Shown here in pieces: positions 1 to 11,566 of a stretch of DNA of 21,286 nt. This DNA is from Vicugna vicugna. Taxonomy: Eukaryota. The notes below the pieces were generated by a model. That model did not search any database, was not told where the DNA came from, and saw only the letters and a list, made by a program, of their open reading frames with translations. The translations under genes and the position numbers were made by a program. The stretch covers positions 504,040 to 525,325 of the forward strand of contig MU058259.1 in NCBI GenBank assembly GCA_013265495.1. The letters run 5' to 3'. The stretch's first letter is position 1. The number at the start of each line of letters is the position of its first letter.

Positions 1-543
1 CCATATGGGACTCTCTGCACTTCCTGGACTTTGGTGAATGTTTCCTTTTCTAGATTAGAAAAGTTGTAAGCTATTACACCTTTTAAGTATTTTCTCAGGC
101 CCTTTCTCTCTCTCTTCTCCTTCTGGGAACCCTGTAATACAAATATTAGTGCACTTGATATTGTCCCAGAGGTCTCTTTAATTGTCCTCATTTCTTTTCA
201 TTCTTTTTTTTTTCTGTTCAGTGGCAGTGATTTCCAGTACTGTCTTCCAGCTCACTGATCCTTTCCTCTGTATCTATTAGTTTACTATTGATTCTTTCCA
301 GTGTATTTTTCATTTCAGTTATTGGATTCCTCACCTCTGTTTGGTTGTTCTTTGTATTTTCTAAATCTTTGTTGAAAACTTCTAACTTTTCATTCTGTGC
401 ATCCATTCTTCTCCTGAGTTCTTTCATCATCATTATGATCATTACTCTGAACTTTTTCTCAGGTAGATTGCCTATCTTCACATTACTTATTTCTTCTGCA
501 GTTTTATCTTGTTCCTTTGGAACATTTTCCTCTGTCACCTCAT
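1..543 (-). pseudogene. Disrupted L1 ORF1 (N-terminal part)
   Basis: Likely start ATG at 543-541 reads ATG AGG TGA CAG AGG AAA ATG TTC CAA, with a stop at codon 3 and later frameshifts. ORF1-like sequence (gacctctgggacaatatcaag..., gggttcccagaaggagaagagagag) continues to base 1. Confidence 0.8.
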
Positions 544-2135
544 CTTGTCTGAGTTGCTATTGATAGTTTTATGTATGTAGTAGGTTAGTTATGTTTCTCA
601 ACCTTGGAGAAGTGGCCCTCTGTAGGAGATGTCCTATGCCTCCCTGCAGCTCACTCCCCTCTTATCACCCAAGCTATATGCTCTGTGGGTTCCCCCTAAG
701 AGGGCTGTGTGGGTCTTTCTGTTGTGGTGGGCTGAGTATGTGGTGGGGGAGGGGTCTGGCAGGCTTGGTTGGCCCTTGTCTTGGTTGGTTGCCAGGCTCT
801 GCCTTGTGTGGATGCTGCTGGCTACTAGTTAGTGGGGTCTGATCATGAAGCGGCTGACTGAAGAACCCCAGGGGGCCCCAGGGCTAGTGCTAGCTCACTT
901 GTGGGTGGAGTCAAGGTCCAGAAGACTCCAGGGCTGTTGCCTGACCCCCCAAACTGGTGGGTGAAGCTGGGTCCAGGGGTTAGTGCTGGACTACTGGCAA
1001 ATAGATCTAGGTCCTGGAGTCTGGTTGCAGGGCCCATGGATCCCAAAGCTGATGTTAGATTACTGGTGGCGGGGGCAGTTCCGGACACAGTTGGGTATAG
1101 GGTTTAGGGTGTCCCAAAGCTTGTGTTGGCCTGCTAGTGGGTAGGGCTGGGACCCATCTGGTCCCAGAGTAGGGTCTGACCTGCCATAGGCTGGCTGGGT
1201 CCATAGGCTGTGGTTTTCTTGCATCTGGTGTTTGCTCCCTGGTGGGTGAGGCTGTCTAAAGACTAGCACAGGCTTCCTAGAGGGCAGGGCTGTTGCCTGC
1301 CCACTGGTGGGCGGAGCTGTGTCTTGGCTCTCTGGTGGGCAGGACCATGTACAGAGGTGTGTCTTGAAGCAGCTGTGGGCTCAGGAATTCTTTAGGCAGC
1401 CTGTCTGTTGATGAGTGGGGCTTTGTCCCCACCCAGTTAGTAATTTGCCCTGAGGCATCCCAGCACTGGTGCCTACAGGCTGTTGGGTGGGTCCTGGTCT
1501 TGGTGCTAATGTGCTAATGGCACCTACCAGAACTGGTTTCCATGAGGTAGCAAGAGCTCCCAAATATGGCTACTGCCAGTGTCTATGTCCATAAAGTGAG
1601 CCATAGCCGCCCCCCACCTCTCCGGGAGATTCTCCAAGACCAGCAGGTATGTCTGGCCCAGACTTCTATCAAATTATTGCTTTTGCCCTGGATCCTGGTG
1701 TGTGTGAGATTTTTGTGTGCACCCTTTAAGAGTGAAGTTTCTATTTCCCCATAGTCCTATGGAGCTCCCAAAATTGAGCACTGCTGGCCTTCAAAGCCAA
1801 ATGATCTGGTGGCTTGTCTTCCTGGTGAAGGATCCCCAAGCTGGGGAGCCTGAAGTGAGGCTTAGAACTCTCATTCCTGTGGGAGAACCTCTGCACTATA
1901 ATTATTCTCCAGTTAGTGGGTCACCCACTTTGGGATATGAGACTTGATTATATTGCAAATCTGCCCCTCCTATCCATCTCATTGCCATTCCTTTTTTATG
2001 TGTTTAGTTGTTGAAGATTTTTTTGGTAGGTTTCGATCTTTTCCATGTTGTGCAGATAGTTGTGGTTCTGGTGTGCTCATGAGTGGAGGTGAGCCCAGGG
2101 TCTTTCTACTCTGCCATCTTAGCCTGATTTCCCCC
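1..2135 (-). mobile_element. LINE-1, 5' portion (GC-rich 5'UTR plus ORF1 N-terminus); continues beyond the left window edge
   Basis: ORF 218-538(-) is L1 ORF1p coiled-coil-like (KEQDKT...NLPEKKFRVMII...ITEMKNTLERINSKL..TEERISELED). 5'UTR spans ~545-2135. The 5' terminus on minus reads ggggaaatcaggctAAGATGGCagagtag, including the YY1 core (2113-2120). Confidence 0.92.
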
Positions 2136-2136
2136 T

Positions 2137-3250
2137 GATTATTTGTGAATGCTTATTTCTCCATAAGAACTTTAGTATCAGTGGGTCTAAGTCTATTTTT
2201 TAAAAAGCTTATTGGTAATTTTTATTGGGATAGTGTTAAATTTATAAATTAGAACTGACTTGTGTATAGTGCTGAATCATTATTTCTAAGAACAGGGGAT
2301 GTCCTCCCATTTGAGAAAGTCTAATTTTGTGTCTTTTAGGAATGCTTTAAAGGTTTTCTCATATAGGTTTTGCACATTTGTGATAAATTAATTCCTAAGT
2401 ATTTAATCTTCATTGGTATTGCAGTATATGGAGTTATTTTATACCACTAAGTCTTCTGATTGTCATGTAAATGAAGGATATTGAGTTTTGTGTGTTTATA
2501 TCCTGCTACTTTACTGAATTCTTTTATTGTCTCAATTAGTTTTATCATTGATTATCTAGGATTTTCCTAGTATAGTGTCATATCATGTGCAACTAGATAT
2601 AGGTTCACTTATTCTTTACCAATGCTTATGTGTGTAATTGATTAATTTTGTTTAACTGCATTGATTAATTCCTCTAATATAATGCTAATTAGTAGCAGAG
2701 ATAGTGAGTATCCTTGCCTTATTCCTGATTTTAATGGAAATGCCTCTAATGTTTCCCCATTAGATAAGATACTTGCCTTAGGACTAAGGCATATATTTTA
2801 TCCTGTTAATGAAGTACCACTCAATTCTTATTTTCTCGTCTTTTTAAACAGGCCTTTCCAGCATCTTTGGAGATAATCATATGAAGTTTTACCCCTTAGA
2901 TATATTAATATAGTATATGATATTCATAGATTTCCTAATATTGAACCACCCTTACATTTCTGGAATAAATCCCATTTAGTCATGGTATATGATACTGTAT
3001 TCTGTTTGTTAACATTTAATTTAGTAGTTTTCCATCAGTACTAATGAACTAACATTGGTCATTATTATTGGTCCTTCCTGCCTTCCTTCCTATCTTTTAT
3101 CAGGTTTAGGTATCAAACCTTCAGGAAATGTTTATAAAAGAAATAGAGAAGTTCTTAATTTTTGATGTGCTGAAACTATTTATAGAGCATTGAGATTATC
3201 TGGACTTTGAAAGTTGAATGGAATTCTTCAGGAAACCATCTGGGCCTGAA
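2137..3250 (-). mobile_element. Ancient, highly diverged L1 (L1M-type) ORF2 fragment
   Basis: Degenerate antisense ORF2 motifs collinear with 9800-10870, e.g. tatcctgctactttactgaatt, gagtatccttgccttattcctgattttaatggaaatgc, ttgaaccacccttacatttctggaataaatccca, gaattcttcaggaaaccatctgggcctg. Confidence 0.85.
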
Positions 3251-3409
3251 ATCACCTTCTTTGCTACCCTTGATGAAGAAGGACTTCTAAATGGGCTTTA
3301 ATTAGGAGATACTTCTTGAATTTCAGCTGACAGAGCTGGGATTTAAACTTAGTTAGAAGCATGATGTTGATCACTGTATCAGTGATACATCAGGGACTTG
3401 ATTACCTAA

Positions 3410-3645
3410 TAGTAATGATGATGAAGATGATGTCTAGTAGATATTAGTTGCCTATTATGCATCAAGTACCATTTACATGTATTAACACATTCAGTCCCTG
3501 TTTCAGACTTATGGGGTACTATCTCTTATTATCCCTGAAGCACCGAAATGATTAACTCATCAAGGGTCACACAGCTAGTAAATGGTAGAGCTGGTTTTCA
3601 ATTCCAGTCAGTTTGGCTTCACAGTCTGTGCCTTTAATGACCAAA
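3410..3645 (-). mobile_element. MIR SINE
   Basis: aagggtcacacagctagtaaatggtagagctgg...ttccagtcagtttggcttcacagtctgtgcctttaa matches the reverse complement of the MIR core and tRNA-derived head. Confidence 0.8.
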
Positions 3646-5227
3646 GTACAGTATAACAGCTTGCAGAACTGTGGATGATCCCCTTATATCAGAATCTCAT
3701 TATGAATGCTTTTTTTTAAAGGGGAAAAAATGGCTTAACTAAAGTCTCGCAGATGAAAGAAGAGTTGCTGCCTATGAAAATGTCTGTCTAGCAATTTGGC
3801 TACAATCTCCCTATCCCTATCCTTACGGCTCTTCTCTTGCAGCAGTGTACAGACCTTGTAAGCTTCGTGTATAGAATTGTGTTCTAGTCTGAGTCAGCTC
3901 CACGTCTGAGGGATGCAACTTGAATGGAAAATTTTCCAATGAACTTGGTGACCCAAACTCAAATGAAACAGTTAAAATTTCCTCAAATTACTTAGAAATA
4001 CTAAGTATTATCATTGAGATGGGTAAATTTTCTGGTTTATGTTAAGTATGATCTCTTATTAATGTTTGTTGAGTCAATGAAGCACCCTCATTGCTATTCA
4101 TTATTTTAAGCTTTTTCGTACAGTCTTACTTTGGTATTTAGACATTATTAAAATTATGCAGATTAAGACAAAGGGTAGTATTTTTATGCCATTTCCGTAA
4201 ATACTCAACATTCTTCTCTCCCACATCCCCCCACCAAGAAAACCAACTTAATGAGCCACAAAACATGTTATAATGAATGGGAAAAATATTTTTAGCATTT
4301 TTATGCAGAAAATACCTCATTAAAAACAAATGCTTCAGCAAGCAGATTTGAGCTTAATGAGGACTTTTGTTGAGCAGAGGCTTTTATGACAAATCACTAG
4401 CATGTGTAACTGATCTATATAAAGACCTAGAAAGCCCTCAGAGCCTCGTCCTTATCCCTGGGCTGCATTGCAGCGGTGTGTGAGTGTGGCATGACGCTTA
4501 GTAGATGCTTGATGAACCTGAGGGACATGAAGCCTACTGTCCAGCCACAAGTAGGAAAAACGTCTATGTACTGATCAATCTCACTGTTTTGTCAGATGTT
4601 ATATCAGGAAAGTCATTAAGATGAACTTTGTTCTCAGCTGGGTGTTCGGCATCATGTGACCCAAATATTTTGTATCTGTTTCATACTGTAAAGGCCATAA
4701 GGGTATAGGGTTTATAACCATACATACAACCTTAATTTCAAATAAAAACCTCAACTTGTACCCACACTATTGTAACTTGTTAGACTTTGGGACTCCAACT
4801 GGCATGACAGGGGAGCAGGGACCCAGCTCGTCATGCAGACTGTATGGGCCAATTTGGTCACAGAAACCACAGTCCCTCGCCTCAGTCATGCCCTGCCCTG
4901 AGGCACAAAGTGCTCACCTAGGGTGATGGGCCTTACCACTGAGGCCTCAGAAGGCACACTTGGCGTGATGGTGTTTCCAGGTATTCTGAGCTGGGCTCAG
5001 CTTCATCACTGATCCATCCTTGCAGGCTTGAGTTGAGTCACAGCCACACCCACCCAAGCAAGATTGACATTTCCAGTGGTAATTGGTTACCCAGAAGAAC
5101 TAGCCTCCCTTATAGAATGGGAAGCATGAAATTATGAGATGATTCATTTTCAGGTGGTATTTTTTCACATCATGTAGGTTCTTTCTCAGTTCATCTGACT
5201 GAGTCAGGCACACTATCACCTGACTAG

Positions 5228-5720
5228 TAACAACAGTAGTGGTTGCAGCAGTTAACATTTATTGAGGTGTTACTGAATGCCAGGAACTGTGCTAAGTTTT
5301 TTCTACACCTTATCTCATTTAACTCTCAAACCCTATAAGCTGGGTACTATTAATATCCCCATATTACAGATGAGGAAACTGAGGGCAAAGATGGTAAGTA
5401 ACCTGCACTAAATCTTTCAGCTCATATATATAAGAACTAGGATTTAATGCAATTTTCCCCCTGATTCTATTTTATTTTTTTAATGAAGTATAGTTGACTT
5501 ATAATATTGTGTTAGTTTCAGGTATACAGCAAAGTGATTCAGTTACAGATTTTTTTTCAGGTTTTTTTCCATTATAGATTATTACAAAGTATTATATACA
5601 GTTCCCTGTGCTATACAGTAAATCCTTGTTGTTTCTCTCTTTTATATATACTGGTCTATATCTGTTAATCCCACATTCCTAATTTCTCTGATTTCAGAGT
5701 CCTTAACTATTATTGCTTTA
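5228..5720 (-). mobile_element. MIR SINE interrupted by a short L1 3' fragment
   Basis: taacatttattgag...tgccaggaactgtgctaag...ccccatattacagatgaggaaactgagg. MIR head resumes at ~5688 (ctgatttcagagtccttaacta). Confidence 0.85.
5468..5687 (-). mobile_element. Heavily 5'-truncated L1 (3'UTR only, ~220 bp)
   Basis: T-rich tail followed by gaagtatagttgacttataatattgtgttagtttcagg...cagttccctgtgctatacagtaaatccttgttg, closely similar to 8200-8380. Degenerate TSD ctgattc (5461-5467) / ctgatttc (5688-5695). Confidence 0.88.
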
Positions 5721-5942
5721 CTGCTTTGTGTAGCCAATTAACTAAAAAAAAAAACTATATCCCCACTCTATTCCAAAACAAGAGGCATTCTTTTCAGTAA
5801 TGACAGGGTAAAACATTCAGTTTTCAAATGCCCATGATCAGCTCTTTCAGGCTCCTTCAGTAGGAGGAGGGAAACTGACCCAAGACCCCCTCATACTTCC
5901 CGCTCAGCAGGTACAGGGCTGCCGCCTGGCCTCCAAGCTCAC

Positions 5943-6076
5943 CGTTAAGAAGTGCCGGTCCTTAACTTCGCGCCGCCTCTGGCTGTGAGTTGGTGGGTAG
6001 GCTGGCAGTGGAGGAACCGCTACGGAAGGGGGGGCAGCAGCTCTTTGCTCCCGACGATCACTCCGGCTACGGTGTT
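5943..6076 (-). CDS. NHS: NHS coding exon 3 (134 bp, phase 1/0)
   Basis: Translates to (E)[44 protein letters not shown]. Acceptor ttttttctgcccccag| and donor ACG|gtgagc. Joins exon 2 in frame (G+AA = Glu) to give ...[15 protein letters not shown]..., as in NHS. Confidence 0.96.
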
Positions 6077-6474
6077 CTGGGGGCAGAAAAAACAATAGTA
6101 CATAAACATACTTGGCATTTTCAATTTCTCTTTCCCCTGTGGGAGGATGAGCAAAAGGCTGGAAAAAAGTGAGTTTTTGGTAATCTAGCTCATTTGTATA
6201 CTAAATATTTTCAGAATGGTTCTGAACTAAACTTTCATTTCATATTAATATGAAGTTGGACACCTATATTTCAGTGGGTCCATCTCATAGTCGTTGTACA
6301 AGATGTTTGGAGAAAGTAGTATATTTCTCAGTGTGCCTCATTTCAAAACAACATGAGCAAAAAAAAAATCTAGAACAATGGTGTAAGATCTGCTGACAGT
6401 CCTGTGGTGGACAGTCGGCACAGACATGCCAGAGCCCCTCAGGGTGTGGTGGGGGACAGATGCTCACAGCCATC

Positions 6475-6686
6475 CAGGGGGTGATGGAGCTGGCTCACAG
6501 TGCTTCAGGAGCACGAATGGCTATGTGTTTAGGAATTCTGTGAGCCAGTTTTTAAACTGTTGGTAACTTGAAAGAGGCCATGGTGGTAGTATTTATACCA
6601 CAGAAATTGCTGAATGCTATACATCAGGGCCTTATTTATTTATTACCTTTTTTTTTTTAAGAGAACCTGTGACCAGCACACCATTG
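6475..6686 (+). mobile_element. MER63A-like non-autonomous hAT (Blackjack) DNA transposon
   Basis: Terminal inverted repeat remnants cagggggtgatgg / ccagcacaccattg. Perfect 8-bp TSD cagccatc at 6467-6474 and 6687-6694. Internal aggaattctgtgagccag...ttggtaacttgaaa...ggccatggtggtagtatttataccacagaaat resembles the recalled MER63A consensus. Confidence 0.88.
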
Positions 6687-7094
6687 CAGCCATCTAAGCC
6701 CTGTCCGCCACAATACTCAGGTGGCTTTCAAATCCTGGGCTCTTAGAGAAAGTGAAGGAATTCCAATGATGACAGTTGTCTGATTTAGGAATAAAGCTAC
6801 CTCTGGGAAAAGCCAAGAAATTTCTATGGGGTGAAGTGGTCCTGACTTCATAACAAGAATCAGTGAGACACCAGGAGCACAATTTAGTTTCTGGATGTCT
6901 CAGCAAGCCCCAAAGCATACCGTGCCCAACATACTGGCCACGCCAGAGGCTGCCCTGCCTGCCAAAACCCAGCCCACACTGATGCCTAGGGCCTGAAATC
7001 TCATGAACCCCACTCATGTGACCAAGGTGCAAATTTGTGTAGCAGAGGTCTTAATCTGCCTTCTGTTGTTTACAATTGCCATTATCCAGCACAT

Positions 7095-7310
7095 CAATAA
7101 TATTTATGATGCCCAATATTTATTGAGCAACTGCCACACACCAAAGATGGTTTGCAAAAGCTCTCACGTGTATCATCTTGACAACTGCACAAAGTAGGCA
7201 CTGATAGCATCCCTCTTGTGTAGATGCCTAAACGGATCAGGGAGGCTCAGTCACTGCTGAGCTATCAGTGGTACACACTTGGGCCCAGGGCCCTGATCTT
7301 GACCATTGCT
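7095..7310 (-). mobile_element. Degenerate MIR SINE
   Basis: aatatttattgagcaactgcc...cttgacaactgcacaaagtaggc...catccctcttgtgtagatg, MIR-like on the reverse strand. Confidence 0.65.
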
Positions 7311-7519
7311 TGACCTATAACTCTGGAAGGTCCAAACACACCTCACTCATCAGAGCAAGACTGCTTGGATTTTCTGTTATTTGATTATAATTACATTTGA
7401 TCACATTCTAATTCTTTGGACATTGATAATAAAGAATATAGAATATTTGGCTACTCATAAGACACTACTTACTCTTTTACCTGTGTTAGGAAACAGAACT
7501 AACTACACTGACCCTCTCG

Positions 7520-7740
7520 GGTGGCGTCAGATGCCCTTTCTCTGAAGGCCCTGTGGTTTCCAGTGCCCATTTCATCTCTATCACTGTATTGATAAAAATC
7601 AGGATCTCTCTATACATCTGCCTATTTACTAGAAGTCTGCCGCCGGACAACAGAGTACATTCAGGTTTCCCTCTCTGTGCCCTTCTGTGCTGGTGATATA
7701 GTGGGTTCTCCATAAATGTTTGTTGAGTGACTGAAAAGAA
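7520..7740 (+). mobile_element. L2 LINE 3' end fragment
   Basis: Ends in tggtgatatagtgggttctccataaatgtttgttgagtgactgaa, the typical L2 3' terminus. Confidence 0.6.
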
Positions 7741-10088
7741 ATTAATGCTTTCATTAGGGTCTGGTTTTGTAACATTAGAATGTACTCTAAACCCCTATCT
7801 TTCCCACGGGCTGTGTGGGCACTGACACAGTGCTGTGCCCTCGCTGTTGGGACCTTCTCTAGGTCCTGCTGCTTGTTTCCGCTGGCCTCCCTAATGCTGG
7901 CCTCTTTCCTCTTTGCTGTATTCAGTGTGCTGCACTCTAAACCAGTACCTGAGCACTCTTGAGCTTTCTGATTTCTGTCCATGTCTGATTGGCCTGTCAC
8001 TGGGCCTCCCTGTCTAAACTACTGACTTGGTCTGTGTCAGGAAAACGTGGCAGTATTTCTCATCATCCTTTGCTTGGGATTCTTTAGACAAATGTTGATT
8101 CCCATTCACAACCAGAGGAAAGTCCTCATCCTCACGTAGGTGGTCTTTGCTAAACTGCCTCCACAGCTGTTCATCAGGAAGACTTCAAAAATTTTTTTTA
8201 TTTAACTATAGTTGATTCACAATATTGCATTAGTTTCAGGTGTACAGCTTCAGATGCTTTTCCATTATAGGTTACTACAAGATATTGAATACAGTTCCCT
8301 GTGCTATACAGTAAATCCTTGTTGTTTATCTATTTTATATATAGTGGTATGTATCTGTTAATACTGTACTCCTAATTTATCCCTCATCCCTCTTCCTTTG
8401 GTAACCATAAGTTGTTTTATATGTCTGTGTCTGTTTCTGTTTTGGAAATAAGTTGATTTGTCTTTTTTTTTAAGATTCCACATATATGTGACATATAATG
8501 TTTGCTTTCTCTTTCTGACTTAGTCATTCTGTATGATAATCTCTCAGTCTATCCATGTTGCTGCAAATGGCATTATTTCATTCTTTTCTATGGCTAATAT
8601 CCCATTTTATTATATATATATCTCACAACTTCTTTATCCAGTCATCTGTCGATGGACATTTAGGTTGCTTCCATGTCTTGGCTGTTGTAAATAGTGCTGC
8701 TATGAACATTGGGGTGCATTCTTTTAAAGTTAGAGTTTTCAATTTTTTCTGGATTTATGCCCAGGAATGGGATTGCTGGATCATATTGTAACTCTATTTT
8801 TAGTTTTTTAAGGAACCTCCATACTGTATTACATACTGGCTATACCAACTTACATTCCCACCAACAGTGTAGGAAGGTTCCCTTTTTTTTCACACCCTCT
8901 GCAGCATTTATTATATTGTAGACTTTTTAAATGATGGCCATTTTGACCAGTGTGAGGTGATACCTCATTGTGGTTTTGATTTGCATTTCTGTAATAATTA
9001 GTGATGTTGAGCATCTTTTCATGTGCCTGTTGGCCATTCATATGTGCCTTCTTTGGATAAATGTCTATTTAGGTCTTCTGCCTATTTTTTGATTGGGTTG
9101 AGTTTTTTTTTTTTTTGTATTGAGTTGTATGAGCTGTCTGTATATTTTGGAAATTAAGCCTTTGTCAGTCACATCATTTGCACATTTTTCTCCCAGTCCA
9201 TAGGTTGTCTTTTCATTTTGTTGGTTTCCTTTGCTGTGCAAAAAGCTTACAAGTTTGATTAGGTCTCATTCATTTACTTTTGCTTTTATTTCTTTTGCCT
9301 TGGGAGACTGAATGATCTAAGAAAACATTACTACGATTTATGTCTGAGGATGTTTTGCCTATGTTCTCTTCTAGGCATTTTATGGTATCATGTCTTATAT
9401 TTAAGTCTTTAAGCCATTTTGAGTTTATTTTTATGTATGGTGTGAGGGAGTGTACTAACTTTATTGGTTTACATGAGGCTGTCCAGCTTTCCCGACACCA
9501 TTTGGTGAAAAGACTGCCTTTTTTTCATTGTATATTCTTGCCTCCTTTGTTGAAGATTAATTGACTGTAGGTGTGTGGGTTTAGTTCTGGGCTCTCTATC
9601 CTGTTCCACTGATCTAATGTCTGCTTTTGAGCCAGTACCACACTGTTTTCATTACTGTAGCTCTGTAGTATTGTCTGAAGTCTGGGAGGGTTATGCCTCC
9701 AGCTTTGTTCTTTTTCCTCAGAATTGCCTTGGGAATTATGAGTCTTTTATGATTTCATATAAATTTTAGGACTATTTGTTTTAGCTCTGTGAACAATGTC
9801 ATGGGTTATCTGATAGGGATCCCATTAAATCTGTAGATTGCTTTGGGTAGTATGGCCATTTTAACAATATTGAGTCTTCAAATCCAAGAGCATTAATTCT
9901 TTCCATTTCTTTGTATCATCTTCAGTTTCCTTTATCACTGTTTTATAGTTCTCAGTGTATAGGTCTTTCACTTCCTTGGTTAGGTTTATTCCTAGGTATT
10001 TTATTTTTTGATGTCATTTTAAATTGGATTTTTTAAACTTTCTTTTTTCTGCTATTTCATTGTTCATGTAAAGAAAAGCAACAGATTT

Positions 10089-10512
10089 CTATACATTGAT
10101 CTTGTATCCTGCTACCTTGCTGAATTCATTTATTAGTTTTAATAGTTTTTGTGTGGAGTCTTTAGGGTTTTCTATATATAGTATGTCATCTGTATACAAT
10201 GCTAATTTTACCTCTTCCCTTCCAATTTGGGTACATATTATTTCTTTTTCTTGTCTGATTGCTGTGGCTAGGACTTCCAAAACTTATGTTTAATGGAAGT
10301 GGTGAGAGTGGGTATCCTTCTCTTGTTCCAGAATTTAGTGAGAAGGCTTTCAGCTTTTCACCACTGAGTATTATATTGGCTATGGGTTTGTTGTAAATGG
10401 CTTTTATGATGTTGAGAGATGTTCCCTCTATACCCAATATGGTGACAGTTTTTATCATGAATGGATGTTGAGTTTTATCAAATGTTTTGTCTACATCTAT
10501 TGAGATGATCAT
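10089..10512 (-). pseudogene. L1 ORF2 reverse-transcriptase core remnant (frameshifted)
   Basis: [21 protein letters not shown]...[11 protein letters not shown], then a frameshift to [13 protein letters not shown]...[39 protein letters not shown]. The (F/Y)ADD catalytic motif is present as YTDD. Confidence 0.92.
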
Positions 10513-11422
10513 GTGGTTTTGTCTTGTTGATGTGGTGTATCATTGATTGATTTGCATATGTGGAACCATCCTTGTGACCCTGGCATAAATCCAACATAAT
10601 CATAGTGTATGATCCTTTCTATGTGTTGTTGGATTCAGTTTGCTAAATTTTTTTGAGGATTTTTGCATCTATATTCATCAATGATATTAGCCTGTAACTT
10701 TCTTTTTTTGTAGTGTATTTGTCTAGTTTTGGTATGAGGGTGATGGTGGCTTCATAGAATGACTTTAGGAGTGTTCCCTCCTCTTCAGTCCTTTTGAATA
10801 GTTTGAGAAGGATAATCATGAATTCTTTGTCTATTTGGTAGAATTCTGCAGTGAAGCCATTTGGTCCTAGACTTCTGTCTGCAGGGAGTTTTTTTTTTAA
10901 ATTACAGATTCTATTTCACTTCTAGTAATTGGTCTGTTCATATTTATCTGTTTCTTGATTCAATTTTGGTAGGCTGTATATTTCTAGAAACTTGTCCATT
11001 TCCTCTAGGCTGTCCATTTTGTTGGTATACAAGTATTTTCTTATGATTTTTCTTTTTGTATTTCTCCTCAGTTATATCAGTAGTTTTTCCCTCCTCTTTC
11101 TTATTTTGTTTATTTGGGTCCTCTTTTCTTCTTGGTGAGTATGGTTACAGGTTCATCTATTTTGTTTATCCTTTCCAAAAAATAGCTCTTGGTTTTACTG
11201 ATTTTTTTGTTGTTTTTTAAATCTCTGTTTTATTTTCCTCTCTGATCTTTATTATTTCCTTTCTCTGCTGACTTTAGGTTTTGTTTGTTATTTTTCTAAT
11301 TCTTTCAGGTGGTAGGTCAGATTTTTTTAGTTGAGATTCTTCTTTTTTTTTTTTTTTGAGGAAGACCTGTATCCCTGTGAACTTCCCTCTTAGGACTCCT
11401 TTTGCTGCATCCCATAGATTTT

Positions 11423-11566
11423 TTTTTTAATAATTTCTTTTTTTGGAGGGGAGGGAGGTAATTTGGTTTATCTATTTATTTATTTTTCTTAATGGAGGTA
11501 CTGGAGATTGAACCCAGGACCTCATACATGCTAGGCTGGCACTCTGTCACTGAGCTATACCCTCCC
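11423..11566 (-). mobile_element. tRNA-derived SINE, camelid vic-1 type, inserted in L1 ORF2
   Basis: Minus strand: ggggagggTATAGCTCAGTGacagagtg...gaggtcctgGGTTCAATCtccagtacctccattaag...(aaat)n...taattacctccc-like segment...poly(A), with Pol III A and B boxes. TSD cccatagatttt (11411-11422) / cccataggtttt (11567-11578). Confidence 0.9.

Noticed and set aside
288..2138. Many short ORFs on both strands (hydrophobic or Gly/Pro-rich)
   Set aside because: They lie within the antisense strand or GC-rich 5'UTR of an L1 and have no supported splice structure. Chance ORFs.
3650..5220. Small alternative NHS exon downstream of exon 3 (recalled peptide FNSTRSPSPTECCHMTPWSRK)
   Set aside because: No matching coding sequence was found by eye on the minus strand; it presumably lies beyond the left edge.
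7820..8060. Possible extra L2 fragment; similar weak hints at ~4480-4530, ~17590-17650 and ~20990-21230
   Set aside because: Only vague pyrimidine-rich or L2-tail resemblance; not callable without an HMM search.
11490..11566. Possible tRNA gene
   Set aside because: The tRNA-like head is followed by a SINE body and poly(A), is flanked by a TSD and has mutated stems. It is a SINE.
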